From: Candidatus Multivorans sp.
GTDB lineage: Bacteria; Acidobacteriota; Thermoanaerobaculia; Multivoradales; Multivoraceae
Direction: 5' to 3'
Length of the DNA: 64,000 nucleotides
NCBI GenBank assembly: GCA_965247095.1
Contig: OZ251997.1
Coordinates: 1,952,001 to 2,016,000 of the forward strand
Below are positions 18,176 through 26,531 of the stretch, piece after piece. Below the pieces are notes generated by a model. The model saw only the letters and a list, made by a program, of their open reading frames with translations, made no database searches and was not told the DNA's origin. Within the stretch, counting starts at the first letter, position 1. Each line of letters begins with the position of its first letter. The position numbers and the translations under genes were made by a program.

Positions 18176-21100
18176 CCCGCATCGACAACTTCAACGAGTT
18201 CACGCAAGCCGAAGACCCTGCCCGCAGGTTGCTTGAGCGGCTCGGTTGGACCTATGTGCCTCCGGATGCGCTGGCTCAGGAGCGCAGCGACTACGGGCAG
18301 GTACTACTGAAAGCGCGACTACAAGCCGCATTGAGGCGGTTGAACGAGTGGATGTCCGAGGATCAGGCGGCCCGCGTCATCTTCGAGCTGGAGCACATCG
18401 ATGCCGTCGGCATGGGGCGCAACCAGAGAGTCCATGAGTACTTGACCTACGGCATGCCGCTCAACGTCGACGGTTCGAGCGGGCAGCGCTCCCGTGTCGT
18501 ACGCTTCTTCGACTTCGACCGACCCGAAGGCGGCTTGAACGACTTCGTCGTCACAACTCAGTTCCGGGCCCACCGCGGCGTCAGACCCGGCGAGGCCGGA
18601 GCGGGGAAGCGGGTCGTCATACCGGATCTGGTGCTGTTCGTGAACGGCATCCCCGTGGTGGTCATGGAGGCGAAGTCACCGACGCTCTTTGGCGAGTGGA
18701 AGGCCAAGGCTGTGGACCAGCTTCGCCGCTACCAGGAGGCCGATCCGGAGTGGCGCGGAACGGGCGCCCCCGCGCTCTTCCACTACAACCTCCTCTGCGT
18801 CGCCCACTGCGGCGCCGCAGCGGCCTACGCGCCCCTCGGCGCACCCGAGAACGCCTACCGCGAATGGAAGTCCGTCCTGCCGTTCACCGAGGACGAGGTT
18901 CGGCATCGTTTCGGCTGCGAACCGTCCGGCCAGGCCCAACTCATCGTCGGGATCCTCAAGCCCGTGACCCTGCTCGACATCCTCCGCGACTACGTCGTCT
19001 ACGAACCGGAGCGCGGCCGGCTGGTCAAGAAACTGCCCCGCTACCAGCAGTTTCGCGCCGTCGGGGCGGCGCTGACGCGCATCGCGGAAGGCCGGCGGCC
19101 CGAACAGCGTGGCGGCGTCGTCTGGCACACACAGGGGTCGGGCAAGTCGCTGACCATGCTCTGGTTGGCGACCAAACTGCGTCGCGACGCGCGTTTGTCC
19201 AACCCGACCATCGCGATCGTGACCGATAGGCGGCAACTCGACCGCCAGATTGCGGGCACGTTCGAACGCTGTGGTTTCCCCGCACCGGAGCGCGCAGTCA
19301 ACACAGCGGACCTGCGCCGGCTGCTCACCGCCGGACCGGGGCGCACCGTGCTGAGCACGATCCAGAAATTCGAGGACGCATTGGAAGCCGCCGAAGGTGA
19401 ACTCGACGCGCTCGACTCGTCCGGGAACGTCATCGTCATGGTGGACGAGGCGCATCGGACCCAGTACGGAATCTTGGGGGCTCGATTGTCGAAGGCTCTT
19501 CCCAATGCGGCACTCATCGGCTTCACGGGCACGCCCATCGACAAGGGGTTCCGGCGCAGCACGATGCGGCGTTTCGGCGCCCTCATCGACTCCTACACGA
19601 TTCCCCAGTCGGTGGCCGACGGCGCCACGGTGCCGATCCTCTACGAGGCGCGGCTACCCGAGTTGGCCGTCGAGGGCGCGGGAACGCTCGACCGCCTCTT
19701 CGACGCCCTGTTCGGCGACGAGACTCAGGAGGCTCAGGTTCGGATACGCAGGCGCTACGCCAACAAGGAAACCGTGGCCACCGCGGATCGACGCATCGAG
19801 ATGGTCGCCCTAGACATCGCAGAACACTTCAAGGACAGAGTGCGGCCGAATGGCTTCAAGGCGCAGGTCGTGGCGCCGAGCCGGGCGGCTGCTCTGCGCT
19901 ACGCAAAGCACCTGAGCGGCTTCGGCGTAAGCGCCTACCCCATCATCACGACCGGACCGAACGACGGAGCCGAATTCCAGGCAGCACGCGAACTCGACCA
20001 GGAACAGATCACGAACGCCTTCGTCGACCCTGAGGGAGAACCGGAGATTCTTGCCGTGGTGGACATGCTCCTGACCGGCTTCGACGCGCCCGTCGAGCAG
20101 GTGCTCTATCTGGACCGCTCACTCCGTGAACACGGCCTGCTGCAGGCCATAGCCCGGGTGAACCGTCGATTCTCGCACGCGAAGAACGGCGTTCCCACCG
20201 AGAAGGAGTACGGCCTGGTCGTGGACTATCACGGCGTGTCGGGAAATCTGGAACAAGTCCTATCGACATTCGACTGGCAGGATGTTCAGCAAGCATTGGA
20301 GCAGATCGAGGACGATCCCGCGCCCTCCATCGACGCAGCCGCCGTCCAGGCTGAATCGCACTTCGAGGGCCGGAGCCTGAGCGACACGTGGGCCTGCGTC
20401 AGCGTGTTCGCGCCCGACGCCGAAACGGAAGGTAACTACAAGGCCGACCTGTTCGAGCGGTTCAACACGGACTACCGCCTGTTCTCACGGCTGATGGACC
20501 GCTTCCTACCTGATCCCCGGGCGCTCGACTACACCGACCGTCTCGCGCGCCTGACAGAGATTCGCGCCTACGTGCGCGCTCAGTTCCTTCGCGAGGATGC
20601 CGACGTGAACTGGACCGACATCGGCGCCAAGGTCAAGAAATTGATCGACGAGCGGATCAGCGCCGAAGTCCGACGGCTGATGAAGCCAGTCTCGATCCTC
20701 GACAGCGACTTTGATGAGAAGGTTGCATCCCTGCCCAACGAGGAAGCGCGCGCATCCTTGATGGAACACGCGATCCGGGCGCAACTGCACGAGCGGCTCC
20801 ACGACAATCCGGCCTACTTCGGGAAGCTCTCGGAGCAACTCGAGCTGATCATCGAAGACCTCCGCAACCGATTGATCGACTCGGCTGAGGCCAGCAAGCG
20901 ATTTGCCGAACTCAGGCAGCAGATTCGGAGCGAAACTGACATAGCAGGACATTACGGGCTCTCCCCCGTCTCCTTTGCCATCTATGAGTTGCTGGACGGC
21001 GACCCGGCGAACAATTCCGGAACAGGACATGGTCAGACCCTCCACGAAGCTCGGAGCGTCGTGCCCGACTGGCTGTCGCGGGACAAGACCAGTCCCCGAC

Positions 21101-21315
21101 TGGACCAGGAGATGAAGAGCGTCGCGTCGCTGCTCGACGCCGTCCTGAAAGCCCACACCACCGTTATCGACTGGCAATCCAACCTCGAAGTCCAGCGCGA
21201 AATGCGGCGAGACATCAAGCGGCAACTGCGGAAGACCGGGGCCCGCCCCGACGACCAACTCGACAAGCTGGCAAACCAGATCGTCGAAGTGGCGAGACGG
21301 CGGTACACGATGTGA
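18172..21315 (+). CDS. hsdR: Type I R-M restriction subunit R
   Basis: PDLVLFVNGIPVVVMEAK nuclease motif, HTQGSGKS, DEAHR, GFTGTP, MLLTGFD, QAIARVNR. Confidence 0.97.
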   Translation: MTRIDNFNEFTQAEDPARRLLERLGWTYVPPDALAQERSDYGQVLLKARLQAALRRLNEWMSEDQAARVIFELEHIDAVGMGRNQRVHEYLTYGMPLNVDGSSGQRSRVVRFFDFDRPEGGLNDFVVTTQFRAHRGVRPGEAGAGKRVVIPDLVLFVNGIPVVVMEAKSPTLFGEWKAKAVDQLRRYQEADPEWRGTGAPALFHYNLLCVAHCGAAAAYAPLGAPENAYREWKSVLPFTEDEVRHRFGCEPSGQAQLIVGILKPVTLLDILRDYVVYEPERGRLVKKLPRYQQFRAVGAALTRIAEGRRPEQRGGVVWHTQGSGKSLTMLWLATKLRRDARLSNPTIAIVTDRRQLDRQIAGTFERCGFPAPERAVNTADLRRLLTAGPGRTVLSTIQKFEDALEAAEGELDALDSSGNVIVMVDEAHRTQYGILGARLSKALPNAALIGFTGTPIDKGFRRSTMRRFGALIDSYTIPQSVADGATVPILYEARLPELAVEGAGTLDRLFDALFGDETQEAQVRIRRRYANKETVATADRRIEMVALDIAEHFKDRVRPNGFKAQVVAPSRAAALRYAKHLSGFGVSAYPIITTGPNDGAEFQAARELDQEQITNAFVDPEGEPEILAVVDMLLTGFDAPVEQVLYLDRSLREHGLLQAIARVNRRFSHAKNGVPTEKEYGLVVDYHGVSGNLEQVLSTFDWQDVQQALEQIEDDPAPSIDAAAVQAESHFEGRSLSDTWACVSVFAPDAETEGNYKADLFERFNTDYRLFSRLMDRFLPDPRALDYTDRLARLTEIRAYVRAQFLREDADVNWTDIGAKVKKLIDERISAEVRRLMKPVSILDSDFDEKVASLPNEEARASLMEHAIRAQLHERLHDNPAYFGKLSEQLELIIEDLRNRLIDSAEASKRFAELRQQIRSETDIAGHYGLSPVSFAIYELLDGDPANNSGTGHGQTLHEARSVVPDWLSRDKTSPRLDQEMKSVASLLDAVLKAHTTVIDWQSNLEVQREMRRDIKRQLRKTGARPDDQLDKLANQIVEVARRRYTM

Positions 21316-22040
21316 CCTCGCGCGACGAAGTCCGCTTCGGCGAGACCACGATCGAGTACCAGGTGCGGCGGAGCCAGCGCCGTCGGAAGACGGTCCAGAT
21401 CACAGTCGACGGCAACGGCGTGCATGTCACCGCCCCCGCAACTACGCCGGACCGCGAACTGCGCTCCATTGTCCGTAAACGAGCTGCCTGGATAGTCCGG
21501 CATGCTCACGGCGCACCCCTCTCCGTCCCCCAGAAGCGCTTCGTCAGCGGCGAGACGCTCCCCTACCTGGGCCGCAACGTCCGCATGGTCTTTGAGTCAG
21601 CGAAGACTCGGCGCGCCCTGCTCCGGTTCGACCACTGGCGCTTCCGCATCACAGTACCGGAAGGCCTATCCGACCAACAGCGCTATCAGCGAATCCGCCA
21701 CGTCGTCATCGATTGGTACCGCAACCGGGCTGCACAGCGCCTACCCGAAACCGTCGACCGCTGGTGGCCACAACTCGGACGCGGCGACCGCCCGCAGATA
21801 CTGATCCGGGACCAGCGCCGCCGCTGGGGAAGCTGCGCCGCCGACGGCACCCTGCGCTTCAACTGGCGGGCCATGATGCTGGAGCCTTCGCTCATCGACT
21901 ACATCGTGGTCCATGAGTTGGCCCACCTGACGATCAGGAATCACTCGGAGGCGTTCTGGGCATTGGTGTACGACGCGATGCCGGACTCACAGGTCCGGCG
22001 CCGGCGGCTTCGAGAGGCAGGGTGCTCGCTGCCCCTCTAG
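21312..22040 (+). CDS. YgjP/SprT-like (DUF45) zinc metallopeptidase-fold protein
   Basis: QRRRWGSC, LRFNW, YIVVHELAHL...NHS; usual position after hsdR. Confidence 0.9.
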   Translation: MTSRDEVRFGETTIEYQVRRSQRRRKTVQITVDGNGVHVTAPATTPDRELRSIVRKRAAWIVRHAHGAPLSVPQKRFVSGETLPYLGRNVRMVFESAKTRRALLRFDHWRFRITVPEGLSDQQRYQRIRHVVIDWYRNRAAQRLPETVDRWWPQLGRGDRPQILIRDQRRRWGSCAADGTLRFNWRAMMLEPSLIDYIVVHELAHLTIRNHSEAFWALVYDAMPDSQVRRRRLREAGCSLPL

Positions 22041-22165
22041 CCATCATCGGGATATCGGCTTGTCCGCCTGCTCCGTTCGACACCCAGACTGACGTCAGCG
22101 GCCGGCGCGGTGGGTCGCAGCACGATTCGAGGACTCGGAACCGACTCCGACGCTCGCCCATCACT

Positions 22166-22236
22166 ACACAACCTGTTGTGCCAGACCAACCTTAAAACCA
22201 CTACATGTTGACACCGCGGCAAACCTGGGACACCAT
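22166..22236 (+). promoter_or_regulatory. Tandem NrdR-box-like operators overlapping a sigma70-type promoter
   Basis: ACACAACCTGTTGTGC (22166-22181) and CCACTACATGTTGACA (22198-22213), 32 bp start to start; NrdR consensus acaCwAtATaTwGtgt; box 2 overlaps TTGACA (22208-22213)-17 bp-CACCAT. Confidence 0.65.
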
Positions 22237-22337
22237 TTGCGGCTCCCCGGCCCGCGAACGACGAACGACTCTCACTGACTCGTCCGATGCCGCTCGTAAA
22301 GGCTGAACTACAAGACGAGAACCAGGAGGAAACCACG

Positions 22338-22535
22338 ATGCCCAAGAAGACGAGCGGACTCAGACCCGGCCAGAAGGCCCCTGTTTCCGGTCAGTTCCAG
22401 AGGATCGGCCCCCGAGGCGGCAAGGGCCCAGAGGTCACTGCGGTCAAAGGCAAGCCGTTACCGCCCAACCCGAAGAGTGGCAGCACGTACACGCTCGCCG
22501 ACCCCACCAACAATGACTCGGGACGGCGAAGATGA
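22338..22535 (+). CDS. YjzC-like small protein
   Basis: RPGQKAPVSGQF...GPRGG...EVTAVKGKPLPP motif; RBS AGGAGG. Confidence 0.75.
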   Translation: MPKKTSGLRPGQKAPVSGQFQRIGPRGGKGPEVTAVKGKPLPPNPKSGSTYTLADPTNNDSGRRR

Positions 22536-22551
22536 ACGGAGGAATACAGCC

Positions 22552-23322
22552 ATGAGATTTTCCCACTACAGCCTCGGCCACAAGCAGGCCGGGGAAGTCG
22601 TCGAAGTCAACCTCTCCGGCAACGCTGCCAACGTGCGACTCCTGGACAGCGCGAACTTCTCCAACTACAAGAACGGCCGGCGACACAAATTCTATGGCGG
22701 TCTAGCGAAGAAGTCTCCGGTGCATCTCCCAATCCCACACTCCGGCACTTGGCACGTCACGGTAGACATGACGGGGCTGCGCGGCAGCACTCGCTCAGGC
22801 GTCCGGATGATGCCCAGGCCACTTGCGCCAATCAAAGAACCATCGCTTTCGTCGGTGCCTTCGCTCGTACGTGATCAACCACCCGAAGTGGACCAATCCG
22901 GCGACGCCTTCGATGTCTTCATCTCGCACGCGTCCGATGACAAGGATGACGTCGTGCGTCCGCTCGCGAGCGCACTGAAGGAGAAGGGTCTTCGTGTCTG
23001 GTACGACGAATTCGAGTTACAGATCGGATCCAGTCTAAGGCAGACGATCGACCGGGGCATCGCGCGGAGTCGGTTCGGCGTGGTGGTACTCTCTGGCCCG
23101 TTCTTCGAGAAGGGCTGGCCAGCCTACGAGCTCGACGGGCTCGTGACGCAAACCGTCAGTGGCCAACAAGTCCTTTTGCCGATCTGGCACGGTGTCACAA
23201 AGCAACAAGTGATGGACTTTAGTCCCTCGCTCGCCGACAAGCTTGCGCGGAGCACGGCGACTCACACCGTGGCCGAGATCGCGGCTGAAATCGCGACGGT
23301 CGTACAGGACCGAGGGTTCTGA
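22552..23322 (+). CDS. DUF1883-TIR domain fusion protein
   Basis: N-terminal ANVRLLDSANFSNYKNGR...IPHSGTWHV (DUF1883-like); TIR motifs DVFISHASDDK, VWYDEF, WPAYEL (catalytic Glu), LLPIWH; RBS GGAGG. Confidence 0.88.
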   Translation: MRFSHYSLGHKQAGEVVEVNLSGNAANVRLLDSANFSNYKNGRRHKFYGGLAKKSPVHLPIPHSGTWHVTVDMTGLRGSTRSGVRMMPRPLAPIKEPSLSSVPSLVRDQPPEVDQSGDAFDVFISHASDDKDDVVRPLASALKEKGLRVWYDEFELQIGSSLRQTIDRGIARSRFGVVVLSGPFFEKGWPAYELDGLVTQTVSGQQVLLPIWHGVTKQQVMDFSPSLADKLARSTATHTVAEIAAEIATVVQDRGF

Positions 23323-23444
23323 GCCCTTGCCTCCACTGTTCCGCCCGAGAGAACCGCCGCTGTGCGTGCCACCCATGGCATAACGCCACCTGCCGTCACT
23401 GGCCCAACCCGCACCCAACGGACAGAGTATGACCAGGAGACGGA

Positions 23445-24176
23445 ATGGACAAGGTAGCCCTCGTCGTCGGCGCCGGCGACTACATCGGATCGGCGATCGC
23501 CAAGCGCTTCGCCAAGGGCGGCTTCACGATCGTGGCCGGGCGGCGGAACGGCGACAAGCTGCAGCCTCTCATCGAGGAGATCGAGTCTTCCGGCGGCCGC
23601 TGCTACGGCTACTCACTCGACGCCCGGCAGGAGGAGCAGATTACAGGCCGGTTCGCCCAGGTCGAGCGGGACATCGGACCGATCGAGGTCTGCGTCTTCA
23701 ACGTCGGCGGCAACGTCCGGTTCCCGATTCTCGACACGACGACCCGGGTGTTCACCAAGGTCTGGCAGATGGCCTGCCTGGCCGGGTTCCTGGCCGGCCG
23801 GGAGGCGGCGAAGTACATGGTCCCGCGCCAACGCGGAGCGATCTTCTTCACCGGCGCCACCGCGAGCATGCGCGGCGGCAGCGGCTTCTCGGCCTTTGCG
23901 GCCGGCAAGTTCGGGCTGCGGGCGGTGGCGCAGAGCATGGCCCGGGAACTCGGGCCGAAGAACATCCATGTCGCACACCTAGTCATCGACGCCGGTGTCG
24001 ACACGGAGTGGGTGCGCGGCATGATCGCCCGCGGCGGCCGCGATCCGGACGAACTGCCGCCGGACACCCTGATGAACCCCGCTTCCGTCGGCGAGGCGTA
24101 CTGGCAGCTCTACAACCAGAGCCGCGACGCCTGGACCTTCGAGCTCGATCTCAGGCCCTTCCGGGAGAGCTGGTGA
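23445..24176 (+). CDS. SDR family NAD(P)-dependent oxidoreductase
   Basis: VVGAGDYIG, FTGATAS, FAAGKFGLR, HVAHLVIDA. Confidence 0.9.
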   Translation: MDKVALVVGAGDYIGSAIAKRFAKGGFTIVAGRRNGDKLQPLIEEIESSGGRCYGYSLDARQEEQITGRFAQVERDIGPIEVCVFNVGGNVRFPILDTTTRVFTKVWQMACLAGFLAGREAAKYMVPRQRGAIFFTGATASMRGGSGFSAFAAGKFGLRAVAQSMARELGPKNIHVAHLVIDAGVDTEWVRGMIARGGRDPDELPPDTLMNPASVGEAYWQLYNQSRDAWTFELDLRPFRESW

Positions 24177-25027
24177 TGGCCGCGATCGACACCGGCACGA
24201 ACGAACTGCTGTGCGACCTGGAGGACGGCGTCGCCACGGTGACGCTGAACAAGCCGGAGAAGCGCAACGCCCTCGGCGACATCCTGACCCCGGCACTGCG
24301 GAGCATCCTGCTGGAGCTCGAAGCGGATCGGCGCTGTGGCGCGATCCTGCTCACCGGCGCCGGCAAAGCGTTCTGCGCCGGCGGCGACGTGTCGGGAATG
24401 GGGTCGAACCGCGGCAAGGGCAACGGCACCCGCGCCGGCAGCAGCGACACCCCGAGCGAACCGCCCAGCCATGACCAGGCCGTCCGTAACCTGATCGAGA
24501 AGCAGGAGTCGCTGACTCTTCGCATGGCGGAACTGGACAAACCGATCGTGGCCGCCCTGCCCGGCCCGGCCGCGGGCGCAGGGCTATCGATCGCGCTCGC
24601 CGCCGACCTGCGGATCATGGCCGACGACACCTTCGTCACCACCGCCTTCCGCCGTATCGGCCTGTCCGGCGACTACGGCTCGAGCTGGTTCCTGACCCGT
24701 CTGGTCGGACCGGCGGTGGCCAAGGAGCTGCTGATGACCGGCCGGCGCATCCCGGCCGAGGAGTGCCTGCGCCTGGGGATCGTGAACCGGATCGTGCCGT
24801 TCGACGACCTGGCCGCGGAGGGGAGGAACCTGGCACTGGAGCTGGCGAACGGCCCCAGGAACGCGCTCCGGTTGATGAAGGAGAACGTGAACCGGGCCGT
24901 GCTCGGCGATCTGCGCGCGTGTCTGGCCGGCGAAGCCGAGGGCATGGTCGCGTCGGTGCGGACGGCCGACCACAGGGAGGCGGTGCGGGCGTTCATGGAG
25001 AAAAGGGAGCCGCGGTTCGGGGGGTGA
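24176..25027 (+). CDS. Enoyl-CoA hydratase/isomerase family protein
   Basis: TLNKPEKRNAL, AFCAGGD, AAGAGLSIALAADLR, HREAVRAFMEKR. Confidence 0.9.
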   Translation: MAAIDTGTNELLCDLEDGVATVTLNKPEKRNALGDILTPALRSILLELEADRRCGAILLTGAGKAFCAGGDVSGMGSNRGKGNGTRAGSSDTPSEPPSHDQAVRNLIEKQESLTLRMAELDKPIVAALPGPAAGAGLSIALAADLRIMADDTFVTTAFRRIGLSGDYGSSWFLTRLVGPAVAKELLMTGRRIPAEECLRLGIVNRIVPFDDLAAEGRNLALELANGPRNALRLMKENVNRAVLGDLRACLAGEAEGMVASVRTADHREAVRAFMEKREPRFGG

Positions 25028-25028
25028 C

Positions 25029-26531
25029 TCAGTCTCCGTCGACGACGCTGGACCGGATCCCGCTGCCCGGCAGGGCGCCTTCGACCAGTTCGCCGTCCCG
25101 CACCACAAACACCCCGTCGACGAGGACGTGGGGAATCCCCGCCGAGGGCACGGCCGGCTCGGCGAAGGTGGCCCGGTCGGCCACGGTCTCCGGGTCGAAG
25201 ACGGTGATGTCCGCGTCCGCGCCGACCGCTACCCGGCCCTTCTTCGCCATCGCCGGCGCCACCGCTTCGAGGCGCTGAGCCGGCGCCAGGGTCATCTTGC
25301 GGATCGCCTCCATCAGGCTGAGCCGTCTCTGGTCCCGTACGTAACGTCCCAGCACGCGCGCGAACGTTCCGGCGCCGCGGGGGTGGGCGCGGCCGTCGAT
25401 GTAGCCGACGCCGTCGCTCGCGATCATCACCTCGGGGTGCGCGATCGCGTCCCCGAGTTCCTGCTCGGGGATGATGTGGGCGATGACGATCGCGGGCGCC
25501 GTGTCCGGAGTTTCCATTCGCCGGTGCATGAAGGCCGCTTCATCCAGCCGTTCGCCGGTGGCGACCCATTCGATGTCGCGGTAGTTCGCGCCCATGCGCT
25601 CGCGCCAGCCCGGGTCGAAGATGGCCGAGCGGATATCCGTCGACGCGGCGGTGTATGGATAGACCTCGGTCGTCACGTCGATCCCGGCCGAGGCGGCATT
25701 GCTGATCATGTCGATGACCACGGGCATCTGCTCCAGCCCGGTCGAGCCGATGTGGACGATGTGAACCGAGCCGCCCGAGCCCGCGGCGTCGGCGATCATC
25801 TCCTGGACCGCGGAGATCGCGCTCTCCGGCTCCTTCATCCCCGCGTAGCGGATATGGGCGAAGACGGTCACGCCGGCTTCCGCCGCGGTCTGGAACATGC
25901 GGAAGATCTCGGTGCGCGAGGCGCCGGGCTGGTACTGGAGCGGCAAACCGACTCCGAGAGCGCCGTCGGCGAGCCCCTCCCGCAGCGTTTCCTGAATGGC
26001 TTCGATCCGCTCGGGACTCGCCTCCTCGTTTCGCGCGGCCTGCTCGTCTTCGCCGAATGCCAGCACCCGCGCTGCCCCGTACGCCGTTGTGGCGCCGAAG
26101 TGGATGCGCCAGGAACCCTCGCGCTCCGCGTACCACTCGTCGACCGGGAACGCTCCCCCTTCGAGCTCGAAAGCGGCGGTCACGCCGTCGCGCACCTGCA
26201 GGTCGCGGCTGAAGGGATCATGGCCGTGGGCATGCAGATCGATGAACCCGGGCGCCACGACCAGGCCCGAAACATCGATCACTTCCGAACCACTCAAGGG
26301 CTCGGCCGAGATCGCCGCGATCGCCGCCCCGCTGACGCCGACGTCCATCACCGCGTCCAGGCTCGATTCCGGATCCATGACCCGGCCGCCGCGAAGCACG
26401 ACGTCGTACAGAACCGGCTCGGGCGCGCAGGCGATCAGCAGGAGGACCGCGAGCGGAAGTGCTGCAACCGCCCAACGCCCGGAGGCCGGCGCCGCGCGCC
26501 GAATGCACACAGTCCGCTGCTCAGACTGCAT
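25029..26531 (-). CDS. Amidohydrolase of the D-aminoacylase / N-acyl-D-amino-acid deacylase family, lipoprotein
   Basis: APGFIDLHAH, IASDG, HPRGAGTFARVLG, GADADITVFDP; lipobox LLIAC. Confidence 0.85.
   Translation of the reverse strand: MQSEQRTVCIRRAAPASGRWAVAALPLAVLLLIACAPEPVLYDVVLRGGRVMDPESSLDAVMDVGVSGAAIAAISAEPLSGSEVIDVSGLVVAPGFIDLHAHGHDPFSRDLQVRDGVTAAFELEGGAFPVDEWYAEREGSWRIHFGATTAYGAARVLAFGEDEQAARNEEASPERIEAIQETLREGLADGALGVGLPLQYQPGASRTEIFRMFQTAAEAGVTVFAHIRYAGMKEPESAISAVQEMIADAAGSGGSVHIVHIGSTGLEQMPVVIDMISNAASAGIDVTTEVYPYTAASTDIRSAIFDPGWRERMGANYRDIEWVATGERLDEAAFMHRRMETPDTAPAIVIAHIIPEQELGDAIAHPEVMIASDGVGYIDGRAHPRGAGTFARVLGRYVRDQRRLSLMEAIRKMTLAPAQRLEAVAPAMAKKGRVAVGADADITVFDPETVADRATFAEPAVPSAGIPHVLVDGVFVVRDGELVEGALPGSGIRSSVVDGD

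Noticed and set aside
22552-23322. Thoeris system call for the TIR gene
   Set aside because: No ThsA (SIR2/SLOG or Macro-TM) partner; the domain layout is DUF1883-TIR with YjzC
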